A stretch of DNA of 64,000 nucleotides, taken from positions 24,481 through 88,480 of the forward strand of contig JAKAHY010000004.1 in the NCBI GenBank assembly GCA_021814695.1. The letters run 5' to 3'. This DNA comes from a bacterium. GTDB taxonomy: Bacteria; Patescibacteriota; Minisyncoccia; UBA6257; JAGOQP01. Within the stretch, counting starts at the first letter, position 1. Every line of letters starts with the position of its first letter. The notes under the pieces were generated by a model. The model saw only the letters and a list, made by a program, of their open reading frames with translations, was not told the DNA's origin and searched no databases. The translations under genes and the position numbers were made by a program. Shown piece by piece: positions 55,271 to 64,000 of this stretch.

Positions 55271-56227
55271 ATGAAGAAGATTGCTTATTCAATATTATCA
55301 ATCGGGGCGCTTCTTCTGTTGGGGGCCGTTTTTTTATTTTTGACGCCATATCTTCCTTCAAAAAATATGTCATGGCAAAATCCGACGAAATCGGAATCGG
55401 TTACGGATTTTATAAAAAATATATTTTCTTCAAACAAGATATCTATTCTTGTTTTGGGAAAGCCGGGAAATGTTAAATATCAAACCTTGGGAGGGGGGAG
55501 CCTGACGGATACTATAATGGTTGTTCAATTCAATCCTGATACGAATAAAATTTATACAATTTCAGTTCCCAGAGATATCTGGGTTCTTTCCGGAGAAGAT
55601 CAGATGAAAATAAACGAAGTTTTTGAAAAATATAAAGCCGAAGCGATTGCTTCGAAAATAGAAGACGTCACGGGAATTTATCTCGACGGCTATGCAATTA
55701 TTGATTTGGCGATGGTAAAGGATGCCATAGATTATTTTGGGGGAGTCGATGTCGTGCTATCACGGCCGGCGGTAGATTGGGTCAGCGGATATACCATCGA
55801 TTCCGGGGCTCATCATCTGAATGGAGATGATGCCGTTTGGCTCATACGCAATAGATTTGATAAAGAGGGCGATTTTTTTAGAGAAAAAAATCAGCAGCAG
55901 ATAATAGGTAATATATTTTCTAAATTTTCAAAATTAAGCACCGCCGAAAAAATAGCCTTTATAGACAGATTTGTTTTAAAATCCGGATTATTGGAAAAAT
56001 CCGATTTAGATGCTTCAAAACTGGCCGGATATGCGATAAATACCGACTTGTCCAAAGTTAGCGTATCCGGAATTGTTATGGATTTTTCAACAAGATTATT
56101 TGAATCAAAGATGATTCTGGTAACTTTTGGAACTTCAACACAAAACGTTTCAGTTCTTCTTCCGGTTGAAGGATTTGAAAAATACGACCAGATTCGTTCT
56201 TATATAAAATCCCAAATGGCTAAATAA
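55271..56227 (+). CDS. LytR/CpsA/Psr (LCP) family cell-envelope protein
   Basis: 318 aa with an N-terminal TM segment. The LCP core ILVLGKPG…TDTIMVVQFNPDTNKIYTISVPRDIWV is present. Confidence 0.75.
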   Translation: MKKIAYSILSIGALLLLGAVFLFLTPYLPSKNMSWQNPTKSESVTDFIKNIFSSNKISILVLGKPGNVKYQTLGGGSLTDTIMVVQFNPDTNKIYTISVPRDIWVLSGEDQMKINEVFEKYKAEAIASKIEDVTGIYLDGYAIIDLAMVKDAIDYFGGVDVVLSRPAVDWVSGYTIDSGAHHLNGDDAVWLIRNRFDKEGDFFREKNQQQIIGNIFSKFSKLSTAEKIAFIDRFVLKSGLLEKSDLDASKLAGYAINTDLSKVSVSGIVMDFSTRLFESKMILVTFGTSTQNVSVLLPVEGFEKYDQIRSYIKSQMAK

Positions 56228-56270
56228 AAACCGCTCCGATAGAAAATCGGAGCAGTCATTTTATTTAATC
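56225..56270. terminator. Bidirectional terminator between the LCP gene and recA
   Basis: GCTCCGAT-AGAAA-ATCGGAGC hairpin with an A-run upstream and a T-rich tract downstream. Confidence 0.5.
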
Positions 56271-56284
56271 AATTGAAGTGGTTG

Positions 56285-57301
56285 CTATTCCGATTCGCCG
56301 GGAGCCCCAATTGTTTCCAGTTTCTTTTCTATTTCTTTTTCCAGTTTTTTATCGGCCTCAATTGCCAGGCGGGCGGCATCCAGGCCCACCCCGAGCTTTT
56401 CTCCGTTGAACGAAAAGGTGTTACCTGTCTTGGTGATAACTCCATGCTTGATGGCAACATTCATCATATCCGAGGCGTAAGATATCCCTTGTCCAAAAAA
56501 TATGTCAAATTCAGCGATTCTAAAAGGAGCGGCAACTTTATTTTTGACGACCTTGGCTTTCACATGATTACCAATCACTTCCTCTCCCTTTTTGAGCTGA
56601 GCGATGCGGCGGATATCTATTCTGACCGATGCGTAGAATTTAAGAGCCCTCCCACCGGGCGTGGTTTCGGGATTTCCCCACATAACTCCGATTTGAGAGC
56701 GCAATTGGTTTATAAAAATAATAGTAGTATTTGATTTGGAGGCGATTGAAGTGAGTTTGCGGAGAGCTTGGGACATAAGTCTCGCCTGTAGTCCTATCGT
56801 CTGGTCTCCTATTTCACCTTCAATTTCCGCGCGTGGAGTAAGGGCGGCGACAGAATCCACGACAACCAGTTCTATAATTCCCGATCGGGCAAGATTTTCA
56901 AGAATCTGGAGTGCTTCCTCTCCACTATCCGGTTGGGATATCAGAAGTTCGGATGTTTTGACACCGATTCTTTTGGCATAAGCCGGGTCCATTGCGTGTT
57001 CGGCGTCGATAAAGGCGCACTTACCCCCATGTTTTTGGGCTTGGGCAATGACGGAAAGGGCGAGCGTTGTCTTTCCAGACATTTCCGGGCCATAAACCTC
57101 GACAATTCTTCCTCGCGGCAAACCCCCGACTCCAAGCGCTATATCCAATGAATATGAGCCCGTGTGAGTTGCTTCAACTTTCACGGCTTTTCTGTCGTCC
57201 AGGCGCATAATGGCGCCTTCCCCGAATTTACTTTGAAGGGAATCAATTAAATTTTGAAGGTCGGACGAACTATTTTTTTCCTCTTTTTTTTCTTTTTTCA
57301 T
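56285..57301 (-). CDS. recA: Recombinase RecA
   Basis: 338 aa; [19 protein letters not shown] (Walker A) and the complete RecA core are present. Confidence 0.95.
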   Translation of the reverse strand: MKKEKKEEKNSSSDLQNLIDSLQSKFGEGAIMRLDDRKAVKVEATHTGSYSLDIALGVGGLPRGRIVEVYGPEMSGKTTLALSVIAQAQKHGGKCAFIDAEHAMDPAYAKRIGVKTSELLISQPDSGEEALQILENLARSGIIELVVVDSVAALTPRAEIEGEIGDQTIGLQARLMSQALRKLTSIASKSNTTIIFINQLRSQIGVMWGNPETTPGGRALKFYASVRIDIRRIAQLKKGEEVIGNHVKAKVVKNKVAAPFRIAEFDIFFGQGISYASDMMNVAIKHGVITKTGNTFSFNGEKLGVGLDAARLAIEADKKLEKEIEKKLETIGAPGESE

Positions 57302-57323
57302 TTATTTTTTATTACTTCTATTT

Positions 57324-58013
57324 TTATTGAATAATTCCGGGAGTGGAGGTCGTTTCCTGCTGCTGAGTCGGAGATGTGATAAGGCAAATTGTTCTTTTAA
57401 CCGAAGTGCTGAATCCCAAAAATCTTTTGGCGGTAAATTCGAATACATTGTTGTTGCATCCGGAATTTAGAGATACTTGTTTTTCGAATGAACCATCCGG
57501 ATTAACCACTACCTCGCTGTCATTTACTAAAAGCTTGTCTTGGGGGTTACTTATCTTTCCGGATAAAATAAATGTATCTTGTTGGGCCTGATACATATCT
57601 GAGGGAGGAGAAATTATTTCTATTGACGGGCGACCCAAAAAGTCCGCAATTTTAGGAATTAAAAAGGCGATTACAACCAAGACGGCGAGCGTGATAACCA
57701 AGGCCATTTTATTAAAAGGTTTTGGGGCGTAACGGTTGGACGGTAATTTGTCCGATTCTCCGGAGCGTTTTATTTCCGATTCTTTTCTATACTCGTGCCA
57801 TAACGGCTCGGAGTCTATTTCTAAGATTCTTGCAATTGTATCCAAATAGCCACGGACATAAGGAGCTGCCGGCAGATTGGAGAAATCGTTTTCCAAAAGC
57901 GCTTTAATGTAATGAGGGGCAATATCAGTCAGCTCCGAAAGTTTCTGAGCATTGAGCCCTTTGGCTCTCATCTCCTCTTTGAGGATGTCTTTTAAGGGTT
58001 TAAATTCTGTCAT
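57324..58013 (-). CDS. RodZ-like HTH (XRE-type) membrane protein
   Basis: 229 aa. An N-terminal HTH (LNAQKLSELTDIAPHYIKALLENDFSNLP…YVRGYL) is followed by a TM segment and a C-terminal DUF4115-like beta domain. Confidence 0.6.
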   Translation of the reverse strand: MTEFKPLKDILKEEMRAKGLNAQKLSELTDIAPHYIKALLENDFSNLPAAPYVRGYLDTIARILEIDSEPLWHEYRKESEIKRSGESDKLPSNRYAPKPFNKMALVITLAVLVVIAFLIPKIADFLGRPSIEIISPPSDMYQAQQDTFILSGKISNPQDKLLVNDSEVVVNPDGSFEKQVSLNSGCNNNVFEFTAKRFLGFSTSVKRTICLITSPTQQQETTSTPGIIQ

Positions 58014-58014
58014 G

Positions 58015-58153
58015 ATCGAAACTTAAAACTTAACACTAAAAGCTAAAAACTCTTTTTAGCATATATTCAATTAGAACGATTTAGTCCAGTACATTCTCCA
58101 CCTTTTCTTATTTGCCGTCAAACTCTTGCTCGTGTGGCGTTAAGTTTTAAGTA
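58015..58153. repeat. Long-range inverted repeat flanking about 100 bp, upstream of the rodZ-like gene
   Basis: ACTTAAAACTTAAC (58021-58034) is perfectly complementary to GTTAAGTTTTAAGT (58139-58152). The flanks extend the match imperfectly to about 19 bp. Confidence 0.5.
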
Positions 58154-58227
58154 TTCAGTTGTTTTGGTCTTCTCTGGATACGAATACTTCTCTTGGTTTG
58201 GCTCTTTCTATATGGCTGAAGATGGCT

Positions 58228-59166
58228 TTATTTTAATTCTGTTCCACCCCATTCTACAACGGTAAATCCATTTCTTGTGAAGGGCGTTAATGTTTGAGGC
58301 TTAACGATGACTTCTCTATCTATTGGTTTGATTACCATAAATACGCGAAGCAGTGAATCTGGTTTTGGAGTTATGTTTAGTTTAGCAAAATTTCCATACT
58401 CCGAATCGTTTGCAAAGTGAATAAGATTGAATTTGTTTCTCTCCATTTTTGGATACCAGTATACGATAAAATCATTGTATTCACTTGGCAGTAAACCTAT
58501 TTTAGGCAGAACGCCTTCTAAAAATTTTTTTGAATCTTCTCCAGCAACAACAAATCCACTGGAAAGGTCATAAGGCCTTTTTTCTGCTGATCCCTCCCAA
58601 TATATATAGGAATATTGCTTGTTATCTTTTGTGTCGATAATCTGTCCAGTTGGAGAAGCGACGACTTTCCAACCATTGATTGTTGTGTCGTAATCGGGAT
58701 AGTCTGCTGTTATTGTGCCATTGTAATCCAATTTGACTGTTACAGTAGTTTTTTTGGTCGGGTATAAATATAATGCGGGTTTAGCTGTCGGTCCGTAAAT
58801 TTGTATGGGAATGGGAGGTGATATGATTTTTTTAAATGATTCGAAACAAGCATCAGCTCTCTGTTCTTGGGTTGATGTGGATTTTGCAAGTTGGCAGTGT
58901 TCCATGCTGAAATAAATTCCATCCTCGGAACCCTTGTAATATATTTGGCTAGTTGTATCTGGGTTGGTTACATCCTTAAGATTATTTTTACAATTATCAA
59001 GATTATTATTTGATATAAATAAAGCAACCAATAGATAAATTATAATTGTCGGAATTAAAACTAGAATTGTGGCAACTAGAATCTTTACCCACCATTTCAT
59101 TTGTTTATTTGTTCCTCTGTCAAGATTAGGTTGTTGTTTTGAATTTTCTTCTGGGGTCGTATTCAT
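58228..59166 (-). CDS. Hypothetical N-terminally anchored extracytoplasmic protein
   Basis: 312 aa with a single N-terminal TM helix and then a Y/T/N-rich globular region. No motif recognised. Confidence 0.4.
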   Translation of the reverse strand: MNTTPEENSKQQPNLDRGTNKQMKWWVKILVATILVLIPTIIIYLLVALFISNNNLDNCKNNLKDVTNPDTTSQIYYKGSEDGIYFSMEHCQLAKSTSTQEQRADACFESFKKIISPPIPIQIYGPTAKPALYLYPTKKTTVTVKLDYNGTITADYPDYDTTINGWKVVASPTGQIIDTKDNKQYSYIYWEGSAEKRPYDLSSGFVVAGEDSKKFLEGVLPKIGLLPSEYNDFIVYWYPKMERNKFNLIHFANDSEYGNFAKLNITPKPDSLLRVFMVIKPIDREVIVKPQTLTPFTRNGFTVVEWGGTELK

Positions 59167-59220
59167 TTTTTTGATTTAATATTGTGACTTACTATTATGA
59201 CAATTATTTTGTTTGCAGAT

Positions 59221-61326
59221 CTATGGTAAATCTTTATTAACAAAAACCTCTCTTGGTTTAGCGCCTTCTCCCGGACCAACAATCCCTTTTTCTTCCATAA
59301 TATCGAGCAAACGTGCAGCCCGGGCATACCCGATTTTAAGTTTTCTTTGCAAAAGTGACGCGGAGGCCTTTTGGGTCTGTTTTACGGTCTCGACGGCTTC
59401 CCGGAGAAGCTCGTCATCTTCGTCATTTTCAGCGTATTCTTCAAACATATCACGTTGTCCGTTCTCCGATTCACCGTTCTCTTCAAAGACCGGTCCTTCC
59501 TGGCTGGAATCGATATAATCCTCGTTGTTGTCCCTGATAAAGTCGGTAACTTTCTTTATTTCCTCTTCCGCTATGTAAGCGCCCTGAATCCTTTTTGGTT
59601 TTGAAAGTTCGGCAGAAACAAAAAGCAAATCTCCGCCTCCGAGAAGTTTTTCGGCGCCGGCGGTGTCCAATATTGTGCGCGAATCAACCTGACTGGCGAC
59701 TTGGAGTGCGATGCGGGACGTAATGTTGGCTTTTATAAGTCCGGTAATAACCTCAACGGATGGTCTCTGGGTTGAAAGTATCAGATGAATTCCGGTAGCC
59801 CGGGCCATCTGCGCCAAACGGACTATTGCGTTTTCGACATCTCTTCCGTATGCGGCCATCAGATCGGCCATTTCATCAACGACTATGACAATAAAAGCCA
59901 TCGGAGTTTCGGGATTTTTTTTATTGTAGCTTTGGATATCCCTGGCTCCTGCCTTAAGCAGAGTCTCATATCTTTTTTCCATTTCGGCGATTGCCCATCT
60001 GAAAACTCCCAAAGCCTTCTTACCCTGAATGATGACGGGAGCGATTAGATGCGGCAAACCATTATAAGCCGAGAGCTCAACTCTTTTTGGATCAATGAGT
60101 ATAAATTTAAGCGTTTGAGGCGAGTTTTTATACAGGAGAGAAATAAGGATCGAGTGAAGCATTATTGATTTTCCCGAACCAGTAGCTCCGGCCACCAGAA
60201 GGTGCGGCATTTTTTCTATGTTGGCGGTAATAAGATCTCCAGTTACGTCGCGGCCGACACAAAATCCCAATGCGCCGCTTTCGGCAAATTCGGGATAAGC
60301 CATAAGATTTCCCAAGCGGACAATGGCAGCGCTTTTATTGGGAACTTCAATACCGACATAAGGCTTCCCCGGAATCGGAGCTTCAATTCGGATAGGGTGA
60401 GCCGATAGAGCCAGCGAGAGGTCCTGATTGAGGGCTGTTATCCTTGTCAGCTTAATTCCTTCTGCGGGACGCAATGTGTATCGGGTAACTTTGGGTCCGA
60501 TATTTATTTCCCCCATCTCCACGGCAATTCCGAAGCTTTCCAGAGTCCTTTTGATAATATTGGCATTTGCCCTAAGGTCTCCTGCATTCGGTTTTTCAAC
60601 GGATGATTTAAGTAGCTCAAGCGGGGGAGCTTTGTAGTCGGCAAATTTTTGGAATGTCCCGTTTGTTTTTGGCTTCTGGTTTTTTGAAGAAAAGATAGCC
60701 AAGGGTTTTTCCTTTTCTTTCGGTTCGTCAGCTGCTTCGGCAATAGCCGGTTCTTTTTGGGTTTCGGGGGTAGTGATGGATGGAGCCACTTTAATTTCCG
60801 GCTCCATAGCATCTTTTTTGCCGAATTTTATTCTTATAGGCTGGTCAAAAACCACAATAATTCCTATAATTACCGCGATAAAAAGAAGGGACGCCCAAGC
60901 AATTGGCCCAAACCACATTTTAGGATAACCGGCTACCGATCCGATGTCTCCGCCCCGTTTATCGAAAAGGACATCAATAAATCCAAGGGCTGATATGAAA
61001 AAAAGAATTGCACCCCAAAGCGTAGGCACATAAACGGCGCGCTCTTCTTTATGCATAAGAAGTGTCGCGCTAACCGAAAGAAGAGTTAGGGGCAAAAGCG
61101 AGTAACCCCACCCGAGCAATTCATAGAGAGAATTAAAAATAATCCCCCCGACATTTCCGGCAAGGGAAACTCCCGCTAATCCTAAAAGTATGGCAACGGC
61201 CAAAAAAATAAGAGCCCAGATACTATGAGTTGTCTCTTGAGCGAGTTTTTTGGACGGAACAAATTCCTTCCTGTTTTTATTGTTTTCGTTTTTAAAATCA
61301 GCTCTGTTCTTGTGATGCTTGGACAT
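59221..61326 (-). CDS. ftsK: DNA translocase FtsK/SpoIIIE
   Basis: 701 aa. N-terminal TM helices are followed by the motor domain with Walker A GATGSGKS and Walker B (…IVIVVDE…). A C-terminal gamma winged-helix (ASASLLQRKLKIGYARAARLLDIMEEKG) is present. Confidence 0.9.
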   Translation of the reverse strand: MSKHHKNRADFKNENNKNRKEFVPSKKLAQETTHSIWALIFLAVAILLGLAGVSLAGNVGGIIFNSLYELLGWGYSLLPLTLLSVSATLLMHKEERAVYVPTLWGAILFFISALGFIDVLFDKRGGDIGSVAGYPKMWFGPIAWASLLFIAVIIGIIVVFDQPIRIKFGKKDAMEPEIKVAPSITTPETQKEPAIAEAADEPKEKEKPLAIFSSKNQKPKTNGTFQKFADYKAPPLELLKSSVEKPNAGDLRANANIIKRTLESFGIAVEMGEINIGPKVTRYTLRPAEGIKLTRITALNQDLSLALSAHPIRIEAPIPGKPYVGIEVPNKSAAIVRLGNLMAYPEFAESGALGFCVGRDVTGDLITANIEKMPHLLVAGATGSGKSIMLHSILISLLYKNSPQTLKFILIDPKRVELSAYNGLPHLIAPVIIQGKKALGVFRWAIAEMEKRYETLLKAGARDIQSYNKKNPETPMAFIVIVVDEMADLMAAYGRDVENAIVRLAQMARATGIHLILSTQRPSVEVITGLIKANITSRIALQVASQVDSRTILDTAGAEKLLGGGDLLFVSAELSKPKRIQGAYIAEEEIKKVTDFIRDNNEDYIDSSQEGPVFEENGESENGQRDMFEEYAENDEDDELLREAVETVKQTQKASASLLQRKLKIGYARAARLLDIMEEKGIVGPGEGAKPREVFVNKDLP

Positions 61327-61376
61327 AAGATTGTTCCTTTAATTTAACTCTAATTTTGGTTAAAATTCAATTACAC

Positions 61377-62708
61377 ATGAATTCGGAAATTTTTAGAGCA
61401 TATGATATTCGCGGAAAATATCCCGGACAGATAAATGAACGCGAGGTTTTCGATGTTGCCCTGAGGATGGCGGCAATATTTCCCAAAGGGAAGAAAATCG
61501 TTATCGGTCGCGATTCGCGCAATAGTTCTCCGGCGCTTTATCTGGCGTTGCACAATGGTCTGGCAGTGGCAGGATTTAAAGTTATTGGGGCGGGATTGAT
61601 GATAACGCCTGCGATAGATTTTTTTGTACGCCGTTTTAATGCAGCGGGAGGGATAGTTGTTACCGCTTCCCACAATCCTAAAAATTTTAACGGTCTTTAT
61701 ATTGTAGACAAAAAAGGAGCGTCTGTCGGAGGAAATTTTATCTACTCCAAGATTTTAAAATTGAAACCAAAATTCAAGATATCCGGTAAGATTTATCCTA
61801 AAGAAAGGGATGATTTAAACCAAAAAGAATACGCAGAATTTTTGAGCGGGATATTTTCAGTAGACAAAACTATGCGCGTTGTTATTGATTGTTCCAACGG
61901 TAGCGCCGGGCCGACCGTAAAAAAACTTAAATTTCCAAAAAATGTCCGCCCGATATTTATAAATATCCGCCCCGATGGTAATTTTCCGGCTCATGGTCCC
62001 AACCCGATGATTGCCGGCGCATTAAAAAATGCCGCTGATGCGATCTTAAAGAATAAAGCCGATTTAGGAGTAGTTTTTGACGGTGATGGAGACAGGGCGT
62101 TTATATTGGATAATCTTGGGCGGGAAGTTTTTCCGGAACATATATGGAAACTTTTTCATTCAATGTATCCGGAAGAAAAAATTGTTTATTCGGTATTGTC
62201 GGGTTTTACCATGAGCGTGTTTAAATCGAAACTTCCCGAATTGAGACGGGCCAAGTTCATCGAATCAAGGGTTGGGCATTTGTTTATGAAGCAAGCGTGT
62301 TTTAAAGAAAAAAATGCCATCGGGGTGGAGACGTCGATGCATTATTACTTGCCTTGGGATGATTTTGCCGGTTCCGGAATTTTAGCGATGATTATTGCAA
62401 CAAACGCTTTGTCAAAACTGCCTTATTCTTTGTCGGAATTTGTTTCTCTAATGCCTGAGACATTCAAGATTCCGGAATATAATATTAAATTTAACAAGAA
62501 CAAGCTTCCGCAACTTTATAAAAAAATAAAAAAAGTTTTTTTGAAAAATTCCGTCAAAACAGAAAATATAGACGGCCTGAGTATCTTTGGAAAAAATTGG
62601 TGGCTGAATGTCAGGCCGTCAAATACGGAAGATTTGGTAAGAATTAACATTGAATCGACGGAAAAAGAGATGCTCGGAAAAATAAAAAAATTATTCTCTC
62701 CGGAATAA
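61377..62708 (+). CDS. Phosphoglucomutase/phosphomannomutase (alpha-D-phosphohexomutase family)
   Basis: The active-site TASHNPKNFNG and the Mg-binding FDGDGDR are present. I chose the ATG at 61377 (MNSEIFRAYDIRG…) over the track start at 61356. Confidence 0.8.
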   Translation: MNSEIFRAYDIRGKYPGQINEREVFDVALRMAAIFPKGKKIVIGRDSRNSSPALYLALHNGLAVAGFKVIGAGLMITPAIDFFVRRFNAAGGIVVTASHNPKNFNGLYIVDKKGASVGGNFIYSKILKLKPKFKISGKIYPKERDDLNQKEYAEFLSGIFSVDKTMRVVIDCSNGSAGPTVKKLKFPKNVRPIFINIRPDGNFPAHGPNPMIAGALKNAADAILKNKADLGVVFDGDGDRAFILDNLGREVFPEHIWKLFHSMYPEEKIVYSVLSGFTMSVFKSKLPELRRAKFIESRVGHLFMKQACFKEKNAIGVETSMHYYLPWDDFAGSGILAMIIATNALSKLPYSLSEFVSLMPETFKIPEYNIKFNKNKLPQLYKKIKKVFLKNSVKTENIDGLSIFGKNWWLNVRPSNTEDLVRINIESTEKEMLGKIKKLFSPE

Positions 62709-62733
62709 AAAAATGAACCCCAAAATCGGAGTT

Positions 62734-63162
62734 CTAAAATTGCGGAGCATCTCCCAGATCAATTTCCGTATAGTGGCTGGCGGGATCGGCCGGTCCGGCG
62801 GGATATAGCGGCGGGATTGAAATGTATACTTTTTCTTTGCCATAGTCATTTCCACCCCAATCGTTTTTCTTCACGAGAGTAATGGAAAGAACGATATTCC
62901 GGATGCTTTCGGGAATATATCCATTGGAGTTGCATAAGCAAGCTTTTGATAGAACCTTGATTGACGCTTCGCTCATCTTACGGCTTGAGTCGACGCACTG
63001 AATCCAGAATGCCTTAACGACCGGTACGTTCGGCCAGTCAACGTTGATATCATCGGTCCGCATCTCGTGGCTTTCCAGAAGGTAAAGAAGCGAATTACGT
63101 ACAGCGACATACAGAAGCTCTTCCACTTCATGACCGTTGGACAGGACTCTGGTGGCTGGCAT
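62734..63162 (-). CDS. Hypothetical protein (142 aa)
   Basis: I restarted this ORF at the ATG preceded by AGGAG 6 nt upstream (plus-strand CAT at 63160-63162). The longer track start would overlap the divergent promoter. Function unknown. Confidence 0.4.
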   Translation of the reverse strand: MPATRVLSNGHEVEELLYVAVRNSLLYLLESHEMRTDDINVDWPNVPVVKAFWIQCVDSSRKMSEASIKVLSKACLCNSNGYIPESIRNIVLSITLVKKNDWGGNDYGKEKVYISIPPLYPAGPADPASHYTEIDLGDAPQF

Positions 63163-63230
63163 TCTTTTCTCCTGGGGTACTGGGAGCTGAGTAAAACTTA
63201 GCAATAAAGGGTGGTTTATGTCAATATGTT

Positions 63231-63259
63231 TTGACATCGGAATCTTTCAGCGCTATAGT
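63231..63259 (+). promoter_or_regulatory. Candidate sigma70-type promoter driving a leaderless ykuK-like mRNA
   Basis: TTGACA (63231-63236), a 17-nt spacer and TATAGT (63254-63259). The ATG is at 63269, 9-10 nt after the -10, which implies a leaderless transcript. Confidence 0.4.
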
Positions 63260-63268
63260 TGCTCGCGT

Positions 63269-63745
63269 ATGACGGATTTATTCTTCGATAACGACGGCAA
63301 GCGGCTTTCTCAAAAGGAAATTGTATCTCAAATTCATGATTACATGCTCCAAAAGCCTCAATACGCCTATAAAATCATAGTCGGAAGCGATTCCCAGCCC
63401 CTGGGTGAGACGGCTGATTTTGTTACTGCAATCGTGGTTCACAGAGTGGGTAACGGAGGCAGATATTTTTGGAAAAGACTTGCGGGAGAGAGAGTGTTTA
63501 ATTTACGGGACAGGATTATCAAGGAGGTTATGATGTCTTTGGAAACTGCGGTTGAAATTCTCAAAGTTTTGAAGGAAAATATTGATATAAAATTTGATTT
63601 TGAAGTTCACGTCGATGTCGGGTCCAATGGTAAAACCAGCGAACTCATATCGGAGGTTACGGGAATGATTCGGGCGTATAATCTTCCGTTTAAAACCAAA
63701 CCCGAGAGTTATGCCGCCAGTTCCGTTGCCGATAAGCATGCATAA
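63269..63745 (+). CDS. YkuK/DUF458-family (RNase H-like fold) protein
   Basis: IIVGSDSQ…FVTAIVVHRVGNGGRYFWKR matches my recollection of the YkuK family signature (IIIGTDSQ…FVTAIVIHR.GKGARY). I restarted it from the track start (63218) at the ATG at 63269. Confidence 0.5.
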   Translation: MTDLFFDNDGKRLSQKEIVSQIHDYMLQKPQYAYKIIVGSDSQPLGETADFVTAIVVHRVGNGGRYFWKRLAGERVFNLRDRIIKEVMMSLETAVEILKVLKENIDIKFDFEVHVDVGSNGKTSELISEVTGMIRAYNLPFKTKPESYAASSVADKHA

Positions 63746-63817
63746 ACCAGTAATCGGTAAATAGCGGGAAGTTATTGATGCGCTAATTACCAATTGCTAG
63801 TAACTAATTAATAAAAA

Positions 63818-64000
63818 ATGAAAGACATAGTTGTAATAGATATCGAAACTAAAAATACTTTTTTGGAAGTCGGACGCGACAATTTTTCCGGATTGGACAT
63901 CTCGCTTGTCGGACTCTATTCCTACAACCAGAATAAATATTTTGCATTTGAGGAGCACCAGTTGGCTGAAGCCGGAGAAATTTTAAAAAATAGCGATCTC
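63818..64000 (+). CDS. Partial ORF (N-terminus) of a putative DEDD-type 3'-5' exonuclease-domain protein; continues beyond the window
   Basis: MKDIVVIDIETKNTF… contains a DxE Exo-I-like motif. It is truncated by the window edge, so it is absent from the track. Confidence 0.35.
   Translation, partial: MKDIVVIDIETKNTFLEVGRDNFSGLDISLVGLYSYNQNKYFAFEEHQLAEAGEILKNSDL

Noticed and set aside
56273-56734. 153-aa plus-strand ORF
   Set aside because: Antisense to recA, which is unambiguous.
1-64000. Search for CRISPR arrays, rRNA genes, transposases, integrases and prophage blocks
   Set aside because: No regularly spaced direct repeats, no rRNA-like conserved segments, and no ORF with DDE, tyrosine-recombinase or serine-recombinase motifs were seen. 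The T4SS-like locus lacks flanking direct repeats or a tRNA-adjacent integrase, so I did not call it a mobile element.

Overview
This 64-kb window looks like a gene-dense stretch of a low-GC (~40% by eye) bacterial chromosome. Stops include TAA, TAG and TGA, so the genetic code appears standard. Many small secreted or membrane ORFs of unknown function sit among the housekeeping genes. The overall appearance resembles a reduced-genome, CPR/Patescibacteria-like organism, but that is inference only. The window opens on the chromosomal origin signature: a partial dnaA on the minus strand at the left edge, diverging from rpmH-rnpA-yidC-jag on the plus strand. The bulk of the window is core machinery: polA, yifB/comM, a UvrD-family helicase, ksgA, mutM, holA, rpsT, ruvA, a Mur ligase, two beta-CASP/RNase J nucleases, trpS, a tRNA-Leu(CAG), secG, nusA, an H+-pyrophosphatase (hppA), clpP, glyA, folD, an LCP protein, recA, a RodZ-like protein, ftsK and a phosphohexomutase. 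The most interesting part is one uninterrupted, tightly coupled plus-strand gene string (12100-29998). Downstream of uvrD/ksgA it holds a type-IV-secretion-like module: a VirB4-family ATPase encoded as two adjacent ORFs, a PrgI/VirB3-like protein, a VirB6-like 865-aa polytopic protein, and a VirB2/TrbC-like pilin fused to a Cys-rich C-terminal domain. A peptidoglycan-binding protein and several secreted or membrane hypotheticals sit among these, and the string ends in an orphan sensor histidine kinase. No relaxase, coupling protein, VirB11, integrase or transposase is seen in the window, and no CRISPR array or rRNA was found. All calls rest on reading the translations and sequence by eye; no database search was run.
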